DNA of 64,000 bases, taken from positions 8,432,001 to 8,496,000 of the forward strand of contig OX597815.1 in assembly GCA_951406725.2 (NCBI GenBank). Reading direction: 5' to 3'. This document shows positions 38,782-52,424 of the stretch, in pieces. The notes beneath the pieces were generated by a model, which was not told where the DNA came from, searched no databases, and saw only the letters and a list, made by a program, of their open reading frames with translations. Position numbers and translations under genes: made by a program. Every line of letters starts with the position of its first letter. The stretch's first letter is position 1. This DNA comes from Octopus vulgaris (Eukaryota).

Positions 38782-39645
38782 ATCGAAACAGTAATGACGT
38801 ATGCAGTAAATGATAACATAATTGTGTATCTTTCGATTTTGGTTTTAATGACCAGAAAAATCTATATATATATATATATCTAGAGGCCAAAATATAACGA
38901 AAAAAAAAACTCCTCTCCCGTATTATTTGTACCCCGAACCTCTTATGAGGAAGAAAGAAACAAAAAACGAAAAGAAAAAAACAACCGACAATAAACAAAA
39001 TACAATGATTATGTGGTCCATGCGATGAAGGAAAGAAATCTCCCCATGTAAGATCTGCTGACAGTTATATTCTGCTTCTATTTTTTTTTTTTTGTTTTTG
39101 ATTTGATCGTATTTAGAATTAGTTGTTTTTTTCTTTCTTTCTCTCTCTCCAGTAGAATGTGCAGGAGGGGGTAAATTGTACTATTTCCCCTCTAGTCACT
39201 TTGTGATACTAGCTGCTGCTGTCCCACTCAAGCACACACACTGTCAGAAGAAAAAAGCAACAACTATAAACTTCATCCTTTTTCACTCCACACTCACAAG
39301 ACATGACAAGCATGCAAACAAGCTGTTTGCTAAGCTAGCCTCTGCCTCTCTATAGCTATATTTATCTATCTATTTAATCTCTCTGCCTGTACACACACAC
39401 ACACACACACACACATCTATTTATCTATCTATCTATCTGATGGAAGGGCAGTTTATGAAACCCAAACACACAGAGTTTAAACACTAACACAGAAACAAGC
39501 AAAAAAGAAGAAAACTGCTGTTTAAAATACACACTAAAAAACCTCGACGTCTCTTCTCTCAGAATAAACAACACGGATTATTTTCCGAACTGTTTAACAT
39601 TTCAGAATCATTTTCAATTTTGTCGGTTTTAAAAACTCACTGTTA

Positions 39646-39651
39646 AATAAA
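39646..39651 (+). promoter_or_regulatory. Candidate polyadenylation signal of UGP2 (alternatives at 38990 and 39563)
   Basis: AATAAA followed by a GT/T-rich tract (tcttttgtctttgtctt), just before unique sequence gives way to SINEs. Confidence 0.5.
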
Positions 39652-39711
39652 ATATTTGAAATTTTTAAATAGCTTGCTGAGTATCTTTTGTCTTTGTCTT
39701 CAATTAATAGA

Positions 39712-40052
39712 TCGCGGCCATACTGAGGCACCACCGCCTTCGAGAATCGACCCCCCCAATTCTTATTTCTTTTAAACCTGGTACTTATTCTATCAATCTC
39801 TTTTGCCGAACCGCTAGGTTACAGAGATACAAACACGCCAACATTGGTTGTCAAGTGGTGGTGGGGGAGATAAACAAACACAGACACACACAAATATATG
39901 ACAGGTTTCTCTGAGTTTCTATCCACCAAATCCAATCGCAAGACTTTGGTTGGCTTGAGGCTATATTAGAAGACATTTTTTTGCCCAAGGTGCCACACAC
40001 GGGAACTGAACCCAGAACCATGTGGCTGGAAAGCAAGCCTCTTACCAACCAG
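39712..40052 (-). mobile_element. SINE family B-related, diverged
   Basis: Collinear with other family B copies. Confidence 0.7.
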
Positions 40053-40127
40053 TCACTATATTGTGTGAAGCAATTGAGGCAGGGCTTCCGTCTAAATGTG
40101 GATCAGTCAGTTATGGGACCATATATA

Positions 40128-40668
40128 TATTTCTTTACTGTCCACAAGGGGCTAAACATAGAGGGGGACAAACAAGGACAGACAAAGGGATTAAGTCGAT
40201 TACATCGACCCCCGGTGCGAAACTGGTACCTTATTTATCGACCCCGAAAGAATGAAAGGTAAAGTCGACCTCAGCGGAATTTGAACTCAGAACGTAGCGG
40301 CAGACAAAATACCTATTTCTTTATTACCCACAAGGGGCTAAACACAGAGGGGGACAAACAAGGACCGACAAAGGGATTAAGTCGATTACATCGACCCCCG
40401 GTGCGAAACTGGTACCTTATTTATCGACCCCGAAAGGATGAAAGGTAAAGTCGACCTCAGCGGAATTTGAATTCAGAACGTAGCGGCAGACAAAATACCT
40501 ATTTCTTTATTACCCACAAGGGGCTAAACACAGAGGGGGACAAACAAGGACCGACAAAGGGATTAAGTCGATTACATCGACCCCCGGTGCGAAACTGGTA
40601 CCTTATTTATCGACCCCGAAAGGATGAAAGGTAAAGCCGACCTCAGCGGAATTTGAACTCAGAACGTC
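40128..40668 (-). mobile_element. Tandem array of SINE family D (3 units)
   Basis: ~190 bp units that share private variants (ccccggtgcgaaactgg). Confidence 0.9.
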
Positions 40669-41083
40669 ATATATATATATATAAATACATAACCATCATC
40701 ATCATTATCATCATTTCAATCATTTGCATGAAATTTCTTTGAGGCAGATTTTCTACAGCTGGATGCCATTGCTGTCACTAACCCTCACCTGTTTTCAACT
40801 AGAACAATATTTGCCCCCCACAGAAGATTAGAAACCAAGGACATCCACTGACATGATGGAGACCTTCATTCACAAATACAACATGATACTAAGGCAAGGA
40901 GAGAGAGCAACATGTAGACACACAGACGAGTAGCTCTTGTTTTCTGTTGCTGCTGTCAGTGTTGAGTTATGTAAAGAGATAGGCTGCTTGTCTACTTCTT
41001 CGAATTGGTCAAATTCATGAAGATGCCTCGGATGAGAAGCAAAAGAGATGAGAAAATTAAGGTTCATTCTTTTTTTGTATATA

Positions 41084-41127
<44 letters not shown>

Positions 41128-41187
41128 CACACATATATATTTGTATGTGTATATATGTATTTGTTTATGTATATGTGTATACATGTA

Positions 41188-41400
41188 TACTCTTTTACTC
41201 TTTTACTTGTTTCAGTCATTTGACTGCGGCCATGCTGGAGCACCGCCTTTAGTCGAGCAACTCGACCCCGGGACTTATTCTTTTGTAAGCCCAGTACTTA
41301 TTCTATCGGTCTCTTTTTGCCGAACCGCTAAGTAACAGGGACGTAAACACACCAGCATCGGTTGTCAAGCAATGCTAAGGGGACAAACACAGACACACAA

Positions 41401-41439
<39 letters not shown>

Positions 41440-41603
41440 CGACAGGCTTCTTTCAGTTTCCGTCTACCAAATCCACTCACAAGGCATTGGTCGGCCCGGG
41501 GCTATAGCAGAAGACACTTGCCCAAGATGCCACGCAGTGGGACTGAACCCGGAACCATGAGGTTGGTTAGCAAGCTACTTACCACACAGCCACTCCTGCG
41601 CCT
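41188..41603 (-). mobile_element. SINE family B, full length
   Basis: Collinear with 4841-5243. Confidence 0.85.
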
Positions 41604-41932
41604 ATGTGTATGTGTATGCATAGCCGTATTTCGTCTGTCGTTATGTTCTGAGTTCAAATTCCGCCGAGGTCGACTTTGCCTTTCATCCTTTCGGGGTCGA
41701 TAAATTAAGTACCAGTTGCGCACTGGGGTCAATGTAATCGACTTAATCCGTTTGTCTGTCCTTGTTTGTCCCCTCTGTGTTTAACCCCTTGTGGGTAGCA
41801 AAGAAATATATATATATTTATATATATATTTGCATATATGTATATGTGTATGTACATATTTGTATATAAGTATATATGTGTGTGTATATTGTAAATAAGT
41901 ATATATGTATGTATATATTGTATATAAGTATA

Positions 41933-43880
41933 TCATCATCATTGTTTAACGTCCGCTTTCCATGTTAGCATGGGTTGGACGATTTTGACTGAGGGCTGGC
42001 AAACCAAATGGCTGCACCAGGCTCCAGACTTGATCTGGCAGAGTGTCTACAGCTGGATGCCCTTCCTAACGCCAACCACTCCAAGAGTGTAGTGGGTGCT
42101 TTTTATGTGCCACCTTCACGAGGGCCAGTCAGGCGGTTCTGGCAACGACTTCACTCGAATCTTTTACACATGTCACCAGCACAGGTGCCAGTAAGGCGAT
42201 GCTGGTAACGATCACGCTCGAATGGTGTCATATACGTGCCACCGGCATGGAGGGCAGATAGCTGCTCTGGCAACGACCACGCTCGGATGGTGCTCTTAAT
42301 ACCCTACTAGCACGGGTCTCGAGTGCCAGTAAGGCAAACGCTGGTAACGATCATGCTCAAATGGTGCCTTTTAAGTGCCACTGGCACTGAGGCTGGTAAA
42401 CCACTCTGTCAATGATCACACTCGTATGGTGCTCTTTGCACCCCACTAGCACGGATGCCAGTCATCGAATTTGATTTTGACTTTGATTTGATTTCACTTG
42501 CCTCAACAGGTCTTTGCAAGCAGAGTTTAAGTCATCCAAAGAAGGAAAAGGTATGCATAAGTGGTTACGCCCCTGGCATAGGCCACGAGGTTATGGTCAC
42601 ATTTGGCTTGCTGGGTCTTCTCACGCACATCATATTTCCAAAAGTCTCAGTCACAAGTTATTTCCTTGGTGAGGCCTAAAGTTCAAATTTCGTGCTTCAC
42701 CATTTCATCCCAGGTCTACCTCTTCCACAGGTTCCCTCAACCGCTAGGGTGTAGCACTTTTTCACACAGCTATCCTCATCCATTCTCGCCACATGGCCAT
42801 ACCAGTGCAGTCGTCTCACTTGCACACCACATTTGATGCTTCTTAGGTCCAACTTTTCTCTCACGGCACTAACACTCTGTCGAGTATGCATACTGACATT
42901 ACACATCCATCGGAGCATACTGGCTTCATTCCTTGCGAGCTTTCGCATGTCTTCAGCAGTCACAGCCCATGTTTCACTGCCATGTAGCATGGCTTTTTGT
43001 ACACATGTGTCATACAGTCTACCTTTTACTCTGAGTGAGAGGCCCTTTGTCACCATCAGAGGTAAGAGCTCTCTGAACTTTGCCCAAGCTATTCTTATTC
43101 TAGCAGCTACACTTTCAGCGCACCCACCTCCGCTACTGACTTGGTCACCTAGGTAACAGAAGCTATCAACTACTTCTAGTTTTCCTCCCTGGAATGTGGC
43201 GGAAGTTGTTCCCTGCGCATTTTCAGAGTTTATTGCTCCTGAGCATCTGCCACATACAAAAACTATCTTCCCCGTTAGCCTTCCTTTGATATTACTGCAC
43301 CTCTTATGTGTCCATAGCTTACACTGGGTACATCTTATAGAGTTTTTACCTACGCCTCTACTACAGATCGAGCAGGGCCATCTACCTGAAGGGATTTGTG
43401 GTTTGCCTGCCTTCCTACTTATTAGGACTTAGGTTTTAGCTAGGTTGATTCTAAGGCCCTTCGATTCTAATCCTTGTCTCCACACTTGAAACTTTGCCTC
43501 TAGTTCTGAAAGTGACTTAGCAATTAGAGCAAGGTCATCAGCATAGAGGTGCTCCCAGGGCATCCTGTCTTGAATTCCTCCGTTATTGCCTGGAGGACTA
43601 TGATAAATAGGAGGGGGCTGAGGACTGAACCTTGGTGAACCCCTACCTCTACCCTGAATTCTTCAGTGTACTCGTTGCCAACCCTCACCTTACTTACAGC
43701 ATCCCTGTACATGGCTTGCACAGCTCTCACTAACCATTCTTCTATCCCTAGTTTCCTCATTGACCACCAGATAAGGGATCGGGGAACCCTGTCAAAGGCT
43801 TTCTCCATGTCAACAAAAGCCAGGTACAGGGGTTTATCTTTGGCTAGGTACCAGGTACAGGGGCTTATCTTTGGCTAGGT
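41933..43880 (-). mobile_element. RTE-clade LINE (same family as 30925-33783), 5'-truncated, with 3'UTR
   Basis: MEKAFDRVPR, GVHQGSVLSPLLF, LHGSETW, WYGHVARMDED, GRGRP; continuous into family A sequence. Confidence 0.9.
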
Positions 43881-43942
43881 AAATATATATATATATATAT
43901 TTGATATATATATTTGTATATATGTATATGTGTTTATATATT

Positions 43943-43978
<36 letters not shown>

Positions 43979-44264
43979 GTTGTATATACATTTGCATATA
44001 TGTATATGTGTATGTACATATTTGTATATAAGTACATGTGTATGTATATATGTTTGTATATATGTATATGTCTATCTACATATTTGTATATGTATATATT
44101 TGTATGTATGTATATGTGCCTATATATATTTGTGTGTGTATATATATATACATATATATATATATTTGCTGTAGTTTCAGCTGATAGCTGTGACCATGCT
44201 GCAGCACTGCCGTTTTGCTACACTGATATTACTGAGAGCCTCCTCCAATATGTGGCACTTGGAG

Positions 44265-44725
44265 CGAAGGTGAGACTGATATACAATAATCTACATATGG
44301 AAAATCCTAGAAGGGCTACTACCTAAATTTCACATTGAGTGTTGTACAAATGCCAGAACTGGCCACCATCGTATTGTACCAAAGGTACTCTCCACTCCAT
44401 CTAAATTCAGGACCAGGTATAGCAGTAGTCTAGGGATCACAGGCCCACAGCGCACAATGCCCTGTCACAAAAATTGAGAAATTTGCATTGGGTGGAAGGG
44501 GAATGTCTTCAAAAGGGAACTGGACATCATCCGCTCCACAATACCGGATGAACCAACAGCCCGACATGAAGTACGGACAAGGGCAGAGGAATCAAACTCC
44601 TTTATACACCAAATGTACCAACAGCTAGGAAGAAAGCGCATGGAGGAGTGGTAATGAGAAACATCCAGACTTAGGAAGTTAGAAAGGCCACGGTAGTGCT
44701 CCAGCATGTCCGCAGCCACATGGCT
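44265..44725 (+). mobile_element. CR1/L2-group LINE 3' end
   Basis: Matches 27395-27459 joined to 27869-28270. Confidence 0.7.
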
Positions 44726-44776
44726 GAAAAAAGTAAAAGAATAACACAATATATATATGCAAATGCATATGTATAT

Positions 44777-45183
44777 TACTCTTTACTCTTTTACTTGTTT
44801 CAGTCATTTGACTGCGGCCATGCTGGAGCACGGCCTTTAGTCGAGCAAATCGACCCCGGGACTTATTCTTTGTAAGCCCAGTACTTATTCTATCGGTCTC
44901 TTTTGCCAAACTGCTAAGTAACGGGGACGTAAACACACCAGCATCGGTTGTCAAGCAATGCTAGGGGGACAAACACAGACACACAAACACACACATACAT
45001 ATACATATATATACATATGTACGACAGGCTTCTTTCAGTTTCCGTCTACCAAATCCACTCACAAGGCTTTGGTCGGCCCGAGGCTATAGTAGAAGACACT
45101 TGCCCAAGGTGCCACGCAGTGGGACTGAACCCGGAACCATGCAGTTGGTAAACAAGCTACTTACCACACAGCCACTCCTGCGC
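44777..45183 (-). mobile_element. SINE family B, full length
   Basis: Collinear with other copies. Confidence 0.85.
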
Positions 45184-45508
45184 TATATGTATTTGTATAT
45201 GTATATATGTTTTTGTATATATATGTATGTATATATATAAATTAAATTAGAGATAAAACCACTATTAGGCAAATCAAACAGTGAAAAACACAAACGTTTT
45301 TTTGGTGTCCTGTACCCATATATGCATGTATATATACATGTAGAGGTAGGTACGTACATATATGTATGTATATATGCATATGTTTTATTTATTAATTTAT
45401 ATATATATATATATATATATATAATAATAAATATTAGGGAATAAATCCAAATTTACAGGGAAAAATCAGATTTAGGATTGAATCCAATTTTATAGTAAAA
45501 TATTATAT

Positions 45509-45726
45509 TATATTAAATTAGAGACAAAACCACTATTATGCAAATCAAACAAAGAAAGACTTAAGCCAATACATAAATTATTTATATAAATTTAGAAATT
45601 TAACAATTATAATTGTTAAATTTATAATTGTTAAATTTCTAAATTTATATAAATAATTTATGTATTGGCTTAAGTCTTTTCTTTGTTTGATTTGCATAAT
45701 AGTGGTTTTGTCTCTAATTTAATATA
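45509..45726. repeat. ~100 bp-arm near-perfect palindrome
   Basis: attaaattagagacaaaaccactattatgc... mirrored by ...gcataatagtggttttgtctctaatttaat. Confidence 0.9.
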
Positions 45727-46215
45727 TATATATGTATATAGGCATGTGTATATGTATATATGTGCATATGTATATACAAATTTGTATATATATATATATA
45801 TATATATTTGTTATATGTAAATATGTTTGTATATGTGTGTATATATATATGTATATAAATTTTTGTATTTTTGCATATATGTGTAGATATGTATATAAAT
45901 ATATATTTGTAAATGTATATATATATATATATACACACATATGTATGTATATATATATATGTATATATATATGTATATATATATATATATAATACACACA
46001 TACATTAATGTGTCCAACTGATTAAAAATTTTATTTATTTATTATGCAGCTGAGGATAGCCCTGCATTTAAATTTATGTTATGATTATATTGTTCAATTA
46101 AATGGAACTGCCTGAAACAGTCGCACTGCATCACCTCTTGATATCCTGTTGCATATTTTGATTTTATATGTATATATATATGTTTATATATAAATGTATC
46201 ATAATCATTGCTGTT

Positions 46216-46820
46216 GTCATTTAACATCCGCTTTCCATGCTGGCATGGGTTGGATGGTGTGACTGAGGGCTGGCAGGCCAGAAGGCTGTGCCAGGCTCCA
46301 ATCCGATCTGGCAAAGTTTCTACAGCTGGATGCCCTTCCTAACACCATCCACTCTGAGAGTGTAGTGGGTGATTTTTTATGTATATATATATTTCATCAT
46401 CATTATTGTTTAATGTCTGTTTTCCATGCTAGCATGGGTTGGACGGTTCGACCAGGGTCTGGGAGGCCAGGAGGCTGCACCAGGTTCCAGCATGATCTGG
46501 CAGTGTTTCTATAGCTGGATGCCCTTCCTAACGCCAACCACTCCGTGAGTGTAGTGGGTGCTTTTTATGTGCCACCGGCAAAGGTACCAGGGAAGGCTGT
46601 CAACGGCCATGATCGGTTGATGCTTTTTATGTGCCACTGACATGGAAGCCAGTCAAGGCGGCGCTGGCATCGGCCACGTTTGGATGCTGCTTTTTACATG
46701 CCACCGGCACAGGTATCATAACTACAATTTCCATTTGATTTTGTTGATGTTGATGTACTTGACTCAATAAGTCTCCTCAAGCACAGTAGGTCATCCTACG
46801 ATCCAAGGTAAGCACAGCAT
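46216..46820 (-). mobile_element. Two adjacent family A copies
   Basis: Shared core and tail. Confidence 0.75.
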
Positions 46821-47269
46821 ACATACATACATACATACATACATACATACATACATACATACAAAAAAAAAAAGCAAATGGCAGGGGAGATAACCCCAAA
46901 CTGTTCAAATTTTTGGAATAGACCGGAATATGGGTTTGGCCTTTATCAGTAGAGTGACAGCTCTGGACGTACTTAATCTTATTAAACCACTTCACACTTC
47001 AACTAAGCATTGTTTGTTACTGGAAACCTTAGAATATGTCGAGAGGGGATACAGGATTTTTGTGAATGACTATGGAGTGATGCCTGAGTATGGAGTAATT
47101 TTTATGAATGAATGTGGAGTGATGCCTGTGCCCATATACAATTTATATAAGAATATATAAACTCACACACAAACAGTGAGATAAATAAATACTTTCCTTC
47201 AACTGATTTTATGTTTAACGTATTCTTTATCAGTTTAATAGAGATTTCTTACATTTAAATTATGCTATA

Positions 47270-47572
47270 GACCCGGGCCGACCAATGCCTTGTGAATGGA
47301 TTTGGTAGACGGAAACTGAAAGAAGCCTGTCGTATATATGTATATATGTATATATATGTATGTGTGTGTGTTTGTGTGTCTGTGTTTGTCCCCCTAGCAT
47401 TGCTTGACAACCGATGCTGGTGTGTTTACGTCCCCATCACTTAGCGGTTTGGCAAAAAGAGACCGATAGAATAAGTACTGGTCTTACAAAGAATAAGTCC
47501 CGGGGTCGATTTGCTCGACTAAAGGCGGTGCTCCAGCATGGCTGCAGTCAAATGACTGAAACAAGTAAAAGA
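47270..47572 (+). mobile_element. SINE family B, 5'-truncated
   Basis: Reverse complement of the 3' two-thirds of 4841-5243. Confidence 0.8.
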
Positions 47573-48289
47573 AAAAAATAATAAATAAAATAAAAAGAAA
47601 TAAATAAGGTGATAAGGGTGTGGCTACCTGATGTTTTCCTGTTTGATGCATAGAGCAACATCTGAACAGAGAAATCGATTTGTAGCCTATGTACAAAAGC
47701 TGAAAAAAGTGTAGTATCTGTTGGCCACCACACATGTAGGGACATTTAGTGGACAGCAGACGGTGAGGGTAACACTAAAGAGATTATAATGTGCTTATTG
47801 AAATAAAAATGGTATGGGTACCTGATGTTTTGCTGTTTCCCACACACAGTAGAATTCACCATGCGTTCGTGGCCGTTGCCAGCCTCGCTTGGCCCCCATG
47901 CCGGTGGCACGTAAAAGCACCATCCGTTTGTGGCCGTTTGCCAGCTCCGTCTGGCACCTGTACGGGTGGCACGTTAAAAGCACCCACTACACTCACGGAG
48001 CAGTTGGCATTAGGAAGGGCATCCAGCCGTAGAAACACTGCCATATCGGACTGGAGCCTGGTGCAGCCTTCTGGCTTCACAGACCCCAGTTGAACCATCC
48101 AACCCATGCTAGCATGGAAAGTGGATGCTAAATGATGATGATGATGTTGTCTGCCTTTACGAAATCAGTTTGGTGCATTGTCAGCTGCACCGGTTAGTGA
48201 TGGATTTGTTCCAAAGGAAGGATGGGACTTCTACAAAACCTCATTTTAGACAATATTCTTGGTTTTCCCCTGAGGGACAAAGGCATACA

Positions 48290-48560
48290 AACTGTTACGA
48301 CAACCCACTCTGGAACATTGAATGTAGAGTTTGGCGATGTGAAAACCAGGGCTGGGATAAGTAAGGCCCAACAACAGACAGTGACTGCTCCCTGAGCTTT
48401 ATTAATCGACATGGCGAATCCCAGGCAAATTGGAAATTGCAGTTTGCAAAAGGTGAATGGCAGATCTGCTCCAGAAGGCACAAGAGGTACCCATGGAATG
48501 AAGACATCATTCCCTCTTCTGCATCTGGACATCATGGTTGCCCCGATGATACATGACACA
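48290..48560 (-). mobile_element. Helitron Pif1-like helicase C-terminal fragment (decayed)
   Basis: DVFIPWVPLVPSGADLPFTFCKLQFPICLGFAMSINKAQG, then frameshift to QSLSVVGPYLSQPWFSHRQ. Confidence 0.75.
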
Positions 48561-48729
48561 CTGTAGCAATTGAGTGATAATCAAACGTGTACGTTGCTTA
48601 GACGTGGTGGGTTCAAATTTCTAATCAACATGATGGGAGTGCCCACTTTGAGTTGAAGGACATGCGGAGGTATTCCTGATGGTTCCAAGGAATTGAGGAA
48701 TTCGGTGGGATAATTAACAACCTCATGAC

Positions 48730-49212
48730 ATGCATAAGATCTGGTCATCAAATCTAAGTAGAGACTTCAAACTTAAAATCTTCAAAGCCACAGTCGAACC
48801 AATTCTACTGTATGGCTCAGAAACCTGGACGTTATCAAAGAAGCTTGAGAAGCGGTTGGATGGAACTTACACTCGCCTCCTTATGAGAGCTCAAAATCTC
48901 TCGTGGAAGTGCCATCCAACCAAAGTGCAAATATATGGGAAACTACCACCTGTGTCATCTCTTGTGAAAGGTAGAAGAGTCCAGTTTGCTGGACATTGTT
49001 GTAGAGCTGAGAAAGAGGTAATTTCTACTCTTCTCCTCTGGAAGCCATCTACTCGCAATACCAGAGGGCGCACACTCTCCTACCCTGATGGAATCTCCAG
49101 GGATACAGGCATCCAGCAACAAGACCTCCGTAATGCCATGATGGACCGTGAAGTCTGGCGTAGCATGGTAAATTCCATTGTCTCGACCACGGTCGAACAA
49201 TGATGATGATGA
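48730..49212 (+). mobile_element. RTE-type LINE 3' end (second family)
   Basis: KLKIFKATVEPILLYGSETWTL..FAGHCCR..AMMDREVWR, (TGA)n tail. Confidence 0.85.
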
Positions 49213-50092
49213 ACAACCTCATCTAGATTAAGAACAGTGTCTATGGATTTGTAGGTTGTAATGTTGCCAGGCAAATGCATTTAGAGACTCATGTTGATCA
49301 CATTGACTCAAACGTTTTTGGGAGCCAAAATAGCTCTTTCACATAGCCAATCAAAATGTCATAAGGAAAAAGCGGTAAATGTGTAGCACCCCAAAAATAG
49401 TAAAATGTAGTTGGCAAAAAATGTTAATCAAACAGACCGAACTAAAGGATTTTTAATTTTGGGTAAGAGTTTTGAAGTGGCTCGTTTAAGTTGGAATAAT
49501 TATATGAAAAAGAGTGCTCATGTGAAAACAGGCAAATTGTAACTCGCAAATGAATACTGCTGGCAGTACTGTGCAAGCAGTCAATAAGAGCTCACCACAG
49601 CTGACAAAGTAAAGTATTGTTTTTTTCCAGCTGGGTGTGTGTCATGTTTTTTCACTGGCTCAAGCCAAATCCTAGGCAAATTAAGAGCAGTCTATTTATG
49701 TTGGGGGCACAGAATTTTGAGGAAAAAAAAAAGAAAAAGCGTACTAAGTCAAAGAGAGCATACATGTCAGATTTGGTGAAATTTGGTTGAAAATTGTAGG
49801 AGTAGAAGTGGTTCACACAACATACACACAGACAGACAGACAACTTGCCTTTTAATATATAAGATAATGGAATTTCCTAATGGTGATGGAATGACACTAG
49901 ACTGGTTTGGGAAGCATTAAATATAAGTCCCTTTTTACCTATTGCACAGGAAGAATTACTCACATAGCCATCGCCAGTAAAATCCAGGTCTTTATTTGAT
50001 GCCACTGTCTATTGAGTCACCTAAAACATGGCCTACTCCCTGAGTATCAATGTAGCTTCTCTGCAGGACTTGGCACTGTTGGTATGATCTTT

Positions 50093-50510
50093 GTGGCGAC
50101 GAACTGGCAGAATCGTTAGCACGCCGGGCGAAATGTGTAGCCATATTTCGTCTGTCGTTACGTTGTGAGTTCAAATTCCACCGAGGTCGACTTTGCCTTT
50201 CATCCTTTCGGGGTCGATAAATTAAGTACCAGTTATGCACTGGGGTCTATATAATCGACTTAATCCATTTGTCTGTCCTTGTTTGTCCTCTCTGTGTTTA
50301 GCCCCTTGTGGGTAGTAAAGAAATAGGTATTTCGTCTGTCGCTACGTTCTAAGTTTAAATTCCACCGAGGTCGACTTTGCCTTTCATCCTTTCGGGGTCG
50401 ATAAATTAAGTACCAGTTACACACTGGGGTCGATGTAATCGACTTATTACCTATGTCTGTCCTTGTTTTTCCCCCTCTATGTTTAGCCCCTTGTGCTAAA
50501 TAAAGAAATA
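50093..50510 (+). mobile_element. SINE family D dimer with head
   Basis: 12 bp TSD ggtatgatcttt (50081-50092 and 50511-50522) encloses both units. Confidence 0.9.
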
Positions 50511-51347
50511 GGTATGATCTTTCTGGCATAGCGACTGCAGGATAAATTCCATGACCAGCACTGTGACCTTGATGCAGTTTTAATCTCCTTAACAGTCAGC
50601 ACTGTAGGAGATCATTGAGAAGTTTGGCTACTTCAGCAGGTTCATCTAATATGGATGGAGTTTGTGGAAGAGGGAGACCCTGGAAGACAGGGGACAAAGT
50701 GGTGAAGATTGATCCTGGGATGATTTGTTGCAAATAAGGTATGTTACCTGTGAGTTTTATTTTATTTTAACTTTTTGTTTTGTGTTATTAACATTTTAAA
50801 GAAAATCTTATTTTTATTAATTGGTAATTTATTTATTAGTATTCGATTTATATAGTCTGGTTTGTTAGTAGATATATATATACTTACATGTAGTTTATTT
50901 TAGCCTCATATCTTTTATCTTTAAACCAAGCCAAAGCAGACAGAACCTGATGGGACCCTCTGACTTGTCTGTTCTTGTCACTCTGTCCAACCCATGCCAG
51001 CACGGAAAAAAGAATGTGAAATGATGATGGTGGTATATGTATGTATATGACAGGACAAACACGCACACATATGTACATATACAAACGCCTACATTTAAAA
51101 ATGCGCACTTGTGCACAAATCAACAGATGCAACCTTGAATATGCGAAAAAAAAGCATCTATTGTAATACGATACAATAAAATATTAAAATAAAAAAATAC
51201 TAAATATTGTATGAAAGCCAAATATAGGCAGACCTCCAATAACGAGTATTCTCATACAAGTATATACAGGCACACATACATATACTCACACTTACCAAAT
51301 CATGGCTATATAAAGATGTATATGTGCATATATACATACACACAATG

Positions 51348-51392
<45 letters not shown>

Positions 51393-51394
<2 letters not shown>

Positions 51395-51950
51395 CAAAAA
51401 AGACTGTCCTGAAATAAACTTAGACAATCCCTCCGTTATGGAATACATTCATAAACCCCAACTCAAAGAATACTGGTGGAATATTCCCTTCAAAGCCTCT
51501 GTCAAATCTAAACATAACAGACTGGATATTGTTGTTTGGGACAGAGGGGCAAAGGTATATACCATCATAGAGGTCAGCTGTCCGGCAGATATAAATATTT
51601 CTTTGAAAATCAAAGAAAAAGAAGATATCTATGGACAACTGCAACGAAACCTTCAGCTTCTCGATCTAGACTATGAATTCATATTCATACCAATAATAAT
51701 TGGAGCACTAGATTTTGTTAGTAAATACCTAAAGGAGAATCTGGATAAAATGGGATTTTCAGAAAGAGAACTTGACCGGCTAATTTGTACATCACTAGTG
51801 CAATCTGTGAGTGGAACAGTAAACATATGCAAGACTTTTCTCAAGTTCCAAATGTGAATTTGTCTGTGTTAACTACATCCCAAATATGGATCCTTGTAAC
51901 TTTGTTGGAAACTGGCTCCCTCCTCAGTGGAAGATTTATAATAATTAAAA
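51393..51950 (+). mobile_element. RLE-type (R4/Dong/NeSL-like) non-LTR retrotransposon 3' end
   Basis: HNRLDIVVWDR..IIEVSCPAD..KEKEDIY..IPIIIGAL matches the PD-(D/E)xK restriction-like endonuclease pattern. Confidence 0.75.
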
Positions 51951-52010
51951 AATAGATTACATGTGTGTGTGAGTGTGAGTGTGAGTGAGTGAGTGTGTGT
52001 GTGTATACAT

Positions 52011-52143
52011 CAGACTCCCCTCCGCTGCCAGACTCCCCTTACCGCTACCAGACTCCCTTCTGCTGCCAGACTCCCCTCCGCTGCCAGACTCCCCTACACC
52101 ACTGCCAGACTACCCTCCCGCTGCCAGACTCCCCCGCTGCCAG
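52011..52143. repeat. ~19 bp GC-rich minisatellite (cgctgccagactcccctc), about 7 copies
   Basis: Directly visible, fused to a family A copy (52143-52345). Confidence 0.85.
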
Positions 52144-52424
52144 GCCACCCCTGGCACCTGTGCCGGTGGCACGTAAAAAGCACCCACTACACTCACAGAG
52201 TGGTTGGCATTAGGAAGGGCATCCAGCTGTAGAAACACTTCCAGATCAGACTGGAGCCTGGTGCAGCCTCTTGGCTTCCCAGACCCCGGTCGAACCATCC
52301 AACCCATGCTGGCACGGAAAATGGACGTTAAATGATGATGATGATTATGTATGTATGTATGTATGTATGTATGTATGTATGTATGTATGTATGTATGTAT
52401 GTGAGTGTGTGTGTGTGTGTATTT

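Noticed and set aside
49870-50650. Possible ancient LINE RT remnant around the SINE dimer
   Set aside because: Only a faint FNAS.T-like resemblance; too decayed to call.
52011-52143. Clustered CAGAC (SMAD-like) sites or G-quadruplex in the minisatellite
   Set aside because: Motif too short and array too small to distinguish from chance.
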